The position numbers and the translations under genes were made by a program. Below are positions 7,248 through 14,570 of a stretch of DNA of 32,000 nt, in pieces. Position 1 is the first letter of the stretch. Each line of letters begins with the position of its first letter. The stretch is from Candidatus Brocadiaceae bacterium. Lineage in GTDB: Bacteria > Planctomycetota > Brocadiia > Brocadiales > Brocadiaceae. The DNA lies in NCBI GenBank assembly GCA_039794405.1, contig JBDIVL010000003.1, positions 96,843 to 128,842 on the forward strand, given 5' to 3'. Below the pieces are notes generated by a model, which was given only the letters and a program-made list of their open reading frames with translations, was not told the origin of the DNA and did no database searches.

Positions 7248-7274
7248 TGTTTTTCTGGAAAATTTTGCGGAAAA
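7248..7274. promoter_or_regulatory. Candidate enhancer (UAS) box TGTTTTTC-TGG-AAAATTTTGC-GG-AAAA
   Basis: Second copy of the 27-nt box at 5010-5036. It lies 114 nt beyond the -24 edge of 7119-7134 and 40 nt after the EBP stop codon. A partial TGTTTTTC half-site occurs at 7201-7208. Confidence 0.4.
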
Positions 7275-7314
7275 TATAGATGTGTTATGTAAAAGTGGTC
7301 GAAAATATTTCGTT

Positions 7315-8661
7315 TTAACCCCACTCCTTTACTTTATATTCAATTTTTCTGGTGGATATCCCTAACATTTTTGCAGCATCGCTTTTACTGCCGTGGGTCA
7401 TTTGAAGCGTTTTCAAAATAATCTCTTTTTCAGCTTCTTTTAATGAAGTTCCCATAGGAATCTTTATTGCCGGTATATCTCCTTTATATTGGACAATATT
7501 TCCCGGCAGGTGTTCTTCGGTAATCATAGTGCCTTTACAAAGCACAATTGCCCTTTCAATAATATTCTCCAGTTCCCTCACATTGCCTTGCCAGTGGTAG
7601 GTGCAAAGGGCTTCCATCGTCTGGGGAGTAAACCCATGAATTTCCTTCTTATATTTCTTTGCATATTTCACGACAAAAAAATGAGAAAGGACGGGGATAT
7701 CCTCCTTCCTTTCCCTTAACGGTGGTAAATGGATAGTAATAACATTTAATCGATAAAATAAATCTTCCCGAAATCTTCCTTCTGCAACTTCTTTCTCAAG
7801 GTTTCGGTTGGTTGCTGCAATCAGCCGGACATCTACTTTTATGGTCTTTTCCCCGCCAACACGTTCGAACTCACCTTTCTCCAAAATCCGGAGCAGTTTG
7901 ACCTGCACCTTGAGGCTCATCTCACCCACTTCATCCAAAAAAATGGTACCGCCATCGGCTAATTCGAACCGTCCTTTTCGTGATTGAATTGCACCGGTAA
8001 AGGCACCCTTTTCATGGCCAAAGAGTTCACTCTCCAGCACACCTTCTGATAAGGCAGCGCAATGTAAAGCGATAAAAGGCATGCATGCCCTGTCACTTCG
8101 ATAATGGAGTGCGTTAGCAACCAGCTCTTTTCCAGTTCCTGTTTCCCCCAGGATTAAGATTGAAGCCGTACTGGGGGCTACATCCTCTATCATTTTAAAT
8201 ATACCATGCATCTGTGGGGTACCACCGACAAGTTCTGAAAATTTATACTTATCCTTCAGTTTCTCCTTGAGTAATTGGTTTTGAACCACCAACTGTTGTT
8301 TTTCCCACAATTTTTCCAGCACCAGCTCTAATTCTTCAATATCCACCGGTTTCGTTAAGTAATCATCCGCTCCGCATTTAATGGCATCCACGGCTGTTTT
8401 AATGGAACTGTAGGCCGTAATCAATACAATCGCTAAAGAGCCATCCTTTTTTTTCGCTTCATGGATCAGGTTTAATCCCCCCATCCCCGGCAATTTCATA
8501 TCTGTTATGATGATGTCAAATTTCTTCTTAGATAAGAGATTCAATGCTTCATAACCAGAGGGGACGCCGGAAACGGCATATCCATCACTTGCCAGTATTT
8601 TTACTAATCCATCAAGTGCATTTTTATCGTCGTCAACGAGTAATAATCTTGGTTTCGTCAT
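7315..8661 (-). CDS. Sigma54-dependent response regulator (NtrC-family enhancer-binding protein: REC + AAA+ + HTH)
   Basis: It has a REC domain, Walker A GETGTGKE, the sigma54-contact loop EKGAFTGA, a Walker B/arginine-finger region and a C-terminal Fis-type HTH (AAKMLGISTRKIEYKVKEWG). Confidence 0.95.
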   Translation of the reverse strand: MTKPRLLLVDDDKNALDGLVKILASDGYAVSGVPSGYEALNLLSKKKFDIIITDMKLPGMGGLNLIHEAKKKDGSLAIVLITAYSSIKTAVDAIKCGADDYLTKPVDIEELELVLEKLWEKQQLVVQNQLLKEKLKDKYKFSELVGGTPQMHGIFKMIEDVAPSTASILILGETGTGKELVANALHYRSDRACMPFIALHCAALSEGVLESELFGHEKGAFTGAIQSRKGRFELADGGTIFLDEVGEMSLKVQVKLLRILEKGEFERVGGEKTIKVDVRLIAATNRNLEKEVAEGRFREDLFYRLNVITIHLPPLRERKEDIPVLSHFFVVKYAKKYKKEIHGFTPQTMEALCTYHWQGNVRELENIIERAIVLCKGTMITEEHLPGNIVQYKGDIPAIKIPMGTSLKEAEKEIILKTLQMTHGSKSDAAKMLGISTRKIEYKVKEWG

Positions 8662-8722
8662 CTTGTTTTAAATTGGACCTTTCGGCAACTTTCCGTGCTG
8701 ATATACCTATGATAATTTATGT

Positions 8723-8788
8723 AGGATGGGTGAATCGTTATCGCACCCATCAGAAAAAATTGTTGATGGGCTTTGCTTGACCCATCCT
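8723..8788. repeat. Four alternating GATGGG / CCCATC segments (tandem REP-like hairpins with alternative pairings)
   Basis: GATGGGTG 8725-8732 pairs with CACCCATC 8744-8751, and GATGGG 8765-8770 pairs with CCCATC 8781-8786. The outer AGGATGGG/CCCATCCT can also pair. On the minus strand the first hairpin is followed by AACAATTTTTTCT. Confidence 0.5.
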
Positions 8789-8885
8789 GTTCTTTGAGAT
8801 GTCCATAAATGAACTTATCACTACCGGCAAACTTATATTTTGGGATTGTCTAAAAAGGTACAAAATCGATTTTTTTCATACAACA

Positions 8886-8932
8886 TGTAGGGCGTATTGT
8901 AATACGTTCCTGCAAATTTGGACAACCCCGTG
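8886..8932. repeat. Degenerate REP palindrome (TGTAGGGCGTATTGTAATACGTTCCTGCA) fused to a TTTGGACAACCCC arm
   Basis: The left arm and loop match the 3727-3756 element. The right arm CGTTCCTGCA is shared with the 23908-23939 copy. The 3' part matches the arm at 185-201. Confidence 0.45.
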
Positions 8933-9085
8933 CTACCCTTTTAGCGTTAAAATCCTCAATATATCCTGAACCGAAATATTGTTCGGTTTCATCCTTTGGA
9001 TACTATAAGTGGCTAATTAATCAACCATCCAATTAAACTTGCATCCTGCTTTTCATCCGTTTTGAGGTTTTTGCCTTGCTGGTTA

Positions 9086-10180
9086 TTAGCGTACCGGTAT
9101 TGCAACAACAAATTTAGTTCCCTGGGATGATGGTTCCAGCCTTATTGTGCCTCCATGGGCATGGATAATATTTTGAGCAAAGGAAAGTCCTATTCCGGTA
9201 CCTCCATCCTTGGTGGTATAAAACAAATTGAATATCTTATCTTTAATCTCATCTGGAATTCCTATCCCTGTATCCTGGCAGGAGATGAATATTTCATACT
9301 CGTTCCGTTCCGTACGAACATATAACTTCCCCCCATCCGGCATTGCCTCAATACCGTTAATAAAAATATTTAAAATTGCTTGCTTTATCTTATCCTTGTC
9401 TACGCTTATTTTGGGTAGTTCACACGCCGTGTCTAATTCTACCTGAATACCATGTAATTGTGCCTGAGGTATGATCAATGAGACAACTTCCTTGAGTATT
9501 TCCCTTACATCAATACGGCTTTTGTTAAGTTCTCCTGTCCTGGAAAAGTGCAGACATTCTCCGACAAATTCACTTAAACGGTTAAGTTCTTTACGGACTA
9601 TGAATGCGATCTCAAGTAATCCTTCTTTTGATTTATCGCTTATTTTGTATATTTTCTGTATTTCACGCTCTAACACTAGCATCTGGAGGTTCATGGCATT
9701 CAATGGATTTTTAATCTCATGTGCCAGTTCGGCGGCAAATGAACCCAACGTAGATAAGGTTTTAGACCTAAGGACTTCGTCTGAAAATCTTTTTCTTTCC
9801 GTTATATTCTCTAAAATAGAGATAATATGGGTTACCTTTCCTTCTGTGTCTTTGATAGCCGACACACTTGCTTCTACCCACAATACACTTCCATCACCCC
9901 GTTTAATCAGGAGTTCCCTCGAACCCTGAGAAAATTTTCCCTGAAATACGTCCATGCCAGGGCAAAATTTTTCCGTTAAACACATACCGGTAGAAGTATG
10001 GCATTGGAAGATCTCACCGCAGTCTTTACCGATAATCTTCTCTCTTGGCCATTTTGTAATCTCCTCACATGCCCGATTAAAAAACAGCACATTCCTGTTA
10101 CTATCCTGGATCATAATCCCTTTGCTTGCACAGTCCAGGGCCTGGTGAAACATTTGAATTATTGTATCAATATTTCTCAT
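9086..10180 (-). CDS. Cytoplasmic PAS-domain sensor histidine kinase (PAS + HisKA + HATPase_c)
   Basis: No TM segment is present. The PAS core carries four Cys (GKDCGEIFQCHTSTGMCLTEKFCPG). It has H-box AHEIKNPLNAM, N-box ILNIFINGIEAM, G1 DTGIGI and G2 GGTGIGL. I chose ATG 10180; the ORF track opens at TTG 10204. Confidence 0.9.
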   Translation of the reverse strand: MRNIDTIIQMFHQALDCASKGIMIQDSNRNVLFFNRACEEITKWPREKIIGKDCGEIFQCHTSTGMCLTEKFCPGMDVFQGKFSQGSRELLIKRGDGSVLWVEASVSAIKDTEGKVTHIISILENITERKRFSDEVLRSKTLSTLGSFAAELAHEIKNPLNAMNLQMLVLEREIQKIYKISDKSKEGLLEIAFIVRKELNRLSEFVGECLHFSRTGELNKSRIDVREILKEVVSLIIPQAQLHGIQVELDTACELPKISVDKDKIKQAILNIFINGIEAMPDGGKLYVRTERNEYEIFISCQDTGIGIPDEIKDKIFNLFYTTKDGGTGIGLSFAQNIIHAHGGTIRLEPSSQGTKFVVAIPVR

Positions 10181-10488
10181 GGTTGTTTTAGCTAAGATTA
10201 TCAAAATTTCAATAAAAGTAAATGCTTTTTATGATTTTACCAAAAGCAATTAATTTGATTTGCTGTTTTTGTCTTTCAATTTTGATTTTTACCTCCAATA
10301 CTATAACCAGTACGAGCCGGAAGAGCCGAAATCCGAGTTGTATGGGAAAAAAGTTTTTACTGTAAATGATATTCAGCCATTCAACCCACTATTTTTGCTA
10401 AAAATATCGAATTCTTTTGGAAAGATATTAGCGTGAAAGCAACTTCATTGCGGGGTTATTTATGGAACGGGATTAGCTAATAAAACGC

Positions 10489-10517
10489 TTGACACATTTG
10501 TTCTCTATTCGTTAATA
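10489..10517 (+). promoter_or_regulatory. Sigma70-type promoter candidate for gltX (TTGACA-N17-TTAATA)
   Basis: Consensus -35 at 10489-10494, a 17-nt spacer and an AT-rich -10 at 10512-10517, about 110 nt upstream of gltX. Confidence 0.45.
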
Positions 10518-10627
10518 TATTTATTCGCTGATAACAAAAATTTTTATATAATCATGGAATTATTTAATAACTTTAGGTATTCCTGGAGTAACTAATCTTA
10601 CCATGGATTCAAAGAAAGGGCAAAAGT

Positions 10628-11965
10628 TTGAGTTCAAACGTTAAGGTCCGCTTTGCACCTAGCCCCACCGGTTATCTCCATATTGGAGGTGCAAGAACGG
10701 CTCTTTATAATTGGTTGTTTGCAAGGCATGCGGGAGGCGTTTTTCTTCTACGCATAGAGGATACTGACCGGCAACGCTCTACCGAAGAAGCAACCCAGGC
10801 TATTCTCGACAGCTTGAAATGGCTTGGACTTAATTGGGATGAAGGCCCATACTTCCAAAGTCAACGATTATCGATTTACAAACGATATGCAGAAACATTA
10901 GTAAACCAGGGAAAGGCTTTTTACGATACCGATACGGAAGGACGCAGGGCTGTTCGGTTTAAAATGCTTGATGGTGTAACAGAGGTTAATGATCTTATCC
11001 ATGGTACCATTGCCTTCGATACCTCCCTTATTGAAGATTTCATCATACTTAAGGCTGATGGTTTTCCGACTTATAATTTCGCTTGTGTAATAGATGACGC
11101 TGAAATGGGGATTACTCATATTGTTCGAGGGGACGACCATATTTCAAATACCCCGAAACAAATGGCCCTTTATCATGCTTTTGGATTTACCATGCCGGAA
11201 TTTGCTCATATCCCAATGATCCTTGGAGAGGATGGTACTCGATTAAGTAAACGTCACGGAGCAACCTCTGTTACTGAATATCGGGACAGAGGTTATTTAC
11301 CACAGGCATTAACAAATTTTCTTGCACTTCTCGGGTGGTCGCCTGGAAACGATCAGGAGATCATGTCGATCCAGGAGATGATTGAGAAATTTACCTTAAA
11401 ACGGGTAAACAAGACCAGTGCCCAATTCAATAATACAAAATTGGATTGGATGAACGGCCAATATATAAAAAATACTCCCGTTGAGCGTTTGGTTCCCGAT
11501 GTTAAGGCTTTTTTTGAAAATCGGGGTATCGATATATCGAAAATCTCAACTGAATGGCTGACCAATTTCGTGAAATTATACCACGAACGGTTCAAGACCT
11601 TTCAAGACTTAGTCAACCAGACGATGTTCTTTTTTGCTGATACTATAGAGTATGACCCCGCCGCTGTTGATAAATTTCTTAAGAAAAACGGGATTATAGA
11701 GTTACTGAAAGAAGTACATTCTGCCCTTGCTCAACAAGGTGATTTTGATAAGGTGCATCTGGAGGATTGTCTGCGAACACTAACGGGAAAGATCGGTATA
11801 GGTTTTTCTAAACTTGCCCAACCCCTGAGAGTGGCTATTACCGGGAAAAGTGTAAGTGCGGGTATTTTTGAGACAATGGAACTTCTCGGGAAAGAAAATT
11901 CGTTAAAAAGACTCGGATATACAATAAAGAACTTATCTGAAACTTCGGAAACAATTGCGTTGTAG
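10628..11965 (+). CDS. gltX: Glutamyl-tRNA synthetase
   Basis: VRFAPSPTGYLHIGGARTALYNW carries the HIGH motif and RLSKRHG is the KMSKS-type motif. TTG start. Confidence 0.95.
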   Translation: MSSNVKVRFAPSPTGYLHIGGARTALYNWLFARHAGGVFLLRIEDTDRQRSTEEATQAILDSLKWLGLNWDEGPYFQSQRLSIYKRYAETLVNQGKAFYDTDTEGRRAVRFKMLDGVTEVNDLIHGTIAFDTSLIEDFIILKADGFPTYNFACVIDDAEMGITHIVRGDDHISNTPKQMALYHAFGFTMPEFAHIPMILGEDGTRLSKRHGATSVTEYRDRGYLPQALTNFLALLGWSPGNDQEIMSIQEMIEKFTLKRVNKTSAQFNNTKLDWMNGQYIKNTPVERLVPDVKAFFENRGIDISKISTEWLTNFVKLYHERFKTFQDLVNQTMFFFADTIEYDPAAVDKFLKKNGIIELLKEVHSALAQQGDFDKVHLEDCLRTLTGKIGIGFSKLAQPLRVAITGKSVSAGIFETMELLGKENSLKRLGYTIKNLSETSETIAL

Positions 11966-11976
11966 AGGAGGTATCT

Positions 11977-12876
11977 ATGCCATTACTTGTTGTTGGATCC
12001 ATTGCTCTTGACTCTATCGAGACTCCTCACGGAAAGACAGAAGAGTGTTTGGGTGGTTCAGCAGTATATTTTTCTTATGCCGCACATTTTTTTAGTAATG
12101 TTAGACTTGTAGGAGTAGTTGGAAAGGATTTTCCCCATAATTTGAAAAAGATCATTCACCAGAAGAAAAATATTGATGCTACCGGAGTACAGGAACTGGA
12201 GGGAAAGACCTTCCGATGGAAAGGTGCTTACAAAGGTGATATGAATGTAGCCGAGACGATCTCGGTTGAGTTGAATGTTTTCGGAGAATTTAAACCTGTT
12301 ATTCCGGAAAATTTTAAAGACAGTAAATTTATCTTTTTGGCAAATGGAGGACCGTCACTCCAAAAGTCTGTTTTAGATCAAATCCATAGTCCTCATTTTA
12401 CCGTAGTAGATACGATGAATCACTGGATAAAAGATCAAAGGAACGAATTATTGGAACTCATAAAAGACGTCGATGCTATTGTACTCAACGACGGAGAAGC
12501 AAGGCTTTTGACCCAGGAAACAAACCTTATTAAGGCTGGTAAAATGATATTAAAGCTCGGTCCAAAATTCGTAATTATTAAAAAGGGAGAGCACGGTTCT
12601 ATACTGATGTCCGCCAAGGGTTACTTTATTATTCCTGCATATCCAACTGAATATGTTAAGGATCCGACAGGCGCCGGTGACAGCTTTGCTGGTGGAATGA
12701 TGGGATATCTGGCAAAAACTCGCGATACAAGCTTGCAGAATTTAAAGAGGGCAATTATGTACGGGACAATTGTGGCCTCATTTAATATTGAGGATTTTAG
12801 CTTGAATCGTTTTCAACAAATCACCTTTGAGGATATAGAGTCCCGTGTGAGAGAATTTGAAGAAATGTTGCGCTAA
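11977..12876 (+). CDS. PfkB-family carbohydrate/nucleoside kinase
   Basis: Ribokinase-like fold signatures are present, including the C-terminal DPTGAGDSFAGG anion-hole motif. Substrate is not inferable. Confidence 0.8.
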   Translation: MPLLVVGSIALDSIETPHGKTEECLGGSAVYFSYAAHFFSNVRLVGVVGKDFPHNLKKIIHQKKNIDATGVQELEGKTFRWKGAYKGDMNVAETISVELNVFGEFKPVIPENFKDSKFIFLANGGPSLQKSVLDQIHSPHFTVVDTMNHWIKDQRNELLELIKDVDAIVLNDGEARLLTQETNLIKAGKMILKLGPKFVIIKKGEHGSILMSAKGYFIIPAYPTEYVKDPTGAGDSFAGGMMGYLAKTRDTSLQNLKRAIMYGTIVASFNIEDFSLNRFQQITFEDIESRVREFEEMLR

Positions 12877-12878
12877 GT

Positions 12879-13445
12879 ATGAATGTAAGGCTTTTTGTTG
12901 CGATCGAGATTACGGAAGAAATCAGAAAAAAATTTGTACTATTCCAGAATACATTGAAAAAGGCAGATGCAGACGTAGGATGGGTATCACCTGAAAACTT
13001 CCATATTACATTAAAATTTATTGGATATCTTGAAGAAGAAAAAATTGATACCGCTTTTGGTGTAATAAAGGACTCAGTGGTTCATATAAAGCCGTTTGAT
13101 CTTGATTATATAGGAGTAGGTGTTTTTCCAAATCAAAGAAATCCACGGGTTATTTTTATTGATGTGATAGATCCGGGAAAAAATTTAACAAGTATACATC
13201 AAAAATTAGATAATCAACTGGTACTATTAGGTGTGGAACAAGACAATCATCCATTTGAGGCACATCTTACGGTTGGACGTGTAAAAACACGAAGGAATAT
13301 AAACAAACTCATAGAGAATTTAAATTCGTACAATGGGTTTAACTTTGGTTTAGAACATGTAATACAGGTAGTTCTTATGAAGAGTACCCTTTCACAGAAG
13401 GGACCCATATATACGAAGTTACAAAGTATTAATTTAGTTTCATAA
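12879..13445 (+). CDS. thpR: RNA 2',3'-cyclic phosphodiesterase (2H phosphoesterase, ThpR/LigT)
   Basis: RLFVAIE start plus two HxT motifs (HITLKF and HLTVGR); 188 aa. Confidence 0.85.
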   Translation: MNVRLFVAIEITEEIRKKFVLFQNTLKKADADVGWVSPENFHITLKFIGYLEEEKIDTAFGVIKDSVVHIKPFDLDYIGVGVFPNQRNPRVIFIDVIDPGKNLTSIHQKLDNQLVLLGVEQDNHPFEAHLTVGRVKTRRNINKLIENLNSYNGFNFGLEHVIQVVLMKSTLSQKGPIYTKLQSINLVS

Positions 13446-13474
13446 CTTTATGGCTTTTATATGGGTGGATTATT

Positions 13475-14560
13475 ATGGTAAAACTTGAAGAAGATAAAGA
13501 AAAACGGCAACAGGCCCTGGAGAGAGCGATCTCACATATTGAAAAACAATATGGGAAGGGGACAATAATGAAATTGGGGGGTGATACAAAGTTAGATGTT
13601 CCTACAATTTCAACAGGGACATTATCCCTGGACATTGCGCTCGGTGTGGGAGGAATCCCTCGTGGAAGGGTTGTTGAAATATTCGGTCCGGAATCTTCGG
13701 GCAAAACAACTCTCACTCTTCATATTATCGCTAATGCACAAAAGGGAGGGGGTACGGCAGCTTTTATTGATGCAGAGCATGCCCTGGACCCTGATTATGC
13801 GAGGAAATTAGGAGTAGATTTAGATAATCTCATGGTCAACCAGCCAGATACGGGAGAACAGGCACTTGAGATTGCAGAACTCCTGGTAAGGAGCAATGCG
13901 GTAGATATTATTGCAGTTGATTCCGTGGCAGCCCTCGTTCCCCGTGCAGAAATTGAGGGAGAAATGGGCGATAGCCATGTGGGATTACAAGCGAGGTTGA
14001 TGTCACAGGCATTACGTAAGCTAACGGGTTGTATCTCAAAGTCTCAGACTAGTGTCATCTTTATCAACCAGATCCGGGAGAAGATTGGTGTAATGTACGG
14101 GGGAAATCCAGAAACAACCCCGGGTGGAAGGGCATTGAAATTTTATTCTTCGGTACGTATCGATATACGAAAAATTGGTACGATAAAAGACGGTGATGTG
14201 AATATCGGAAGCAGGGTCCGTGCAACAATCGCTAAAAACAAGGTTGCAGCTCCCTTCCGAAAGGCAGAGTTTGATATCTTGTATAATACGGGTATATCAC
14301 GGGCAGGGGATATTATCGATCTTGGAGTCGAACATCAGATTATAGAAAAATCTGGTACCTGGTTCTCTTATGGTGAAATACGTTTAGGACAGGGTAGAGA
14401 AAATTCAAGACAGTTCATTACAGAAAAACCCGAACTGATGACTGAAATTGAGCAGTCTATCCTTAAAAAAATGAGGCCAGAATTAATCACAGAGCAAACT
14501 TATGAAGGGACCTCCGATAAAACCAGGGTTGTATCCTCATTGAAAAAGGGTGAAAAATAA
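13475..14560 (+). CDS. recA: Recombinase RecA
   Basis: [22 protein letters not shown], Walker [10 protein letters not shown] and IDAEHALDP give a full-length RecA pattern. Confidence 0.98.
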   Translation: MVKLEEDKEKRQQALERAISHIEKQYGKGTIMKLGGDTKLDVPTISTGTLSLDIALGVGGIPRGRVVEIFGPESSGKTTLTLHIIANAQKGGGTAAFIDAEHALDPDYARKLGVDLDNLMVNQPDTGEQALEIAELLVRSNAVDIIAVDSVAALVPRAEIEGEMGDSHVGLQARLMSQALRKLTGCISKSQTSVIFINQIREKIGVMYGGNPETTPGGRALKFYSSVRIDIRKIGTIKDGDVNIGSRVRATIAKNKVAAPFRKAEFDILYNTGISRAGDIIDLGVEHQIIEKSGTWFSYGEIRLGQGRENSRQFITEKPELMTEIEQSILKKMRPELITEQTYEGTSDKTRVVSSLKKGEK

Positions 14561-14570
14561 TTTATCAGTC

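Noticed and set aside
9471-9929. 152-aa ORF antisense to the histidine kinase, with smaller antisense ORFs at 9228, 9954 and 9998
   Set aside because: They lie inside a well-supported kinase frame, and their Ser/Leu-rich low-complexity translation is typical of antisense artefacts.
9900-10010. CGEIFQCH in the kinase PAS domain as a c-type haem attachment site
   Set aside because: The spacing is C-x5-C-H, not CxxCH. The protein has no signal peptide, so periplasmic haem c maturation is implausible. I kept it only as a possible Fe-S, metal or thiol site.
10294-10309. TGGTTA-TAGTA-TTGGA on the minus strand about 115 nt upstream of the kinase start (possible autoregulated sigma54 promoter)
   Set aside because: It keeps only TGGT and TTG. 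The nearby TTTTTGCTAAAAA motif (10392-10404) is only a partial match to the 27-nt box and is 84 nt away rather than 114-115 nt. I noted it as a weak candidate and did not call it.
13429-13716. 95-aa ORF antisense to the recA 5' end
   Set aside because: It overlaps the highly conserved recA coding sequence and has no independent support.
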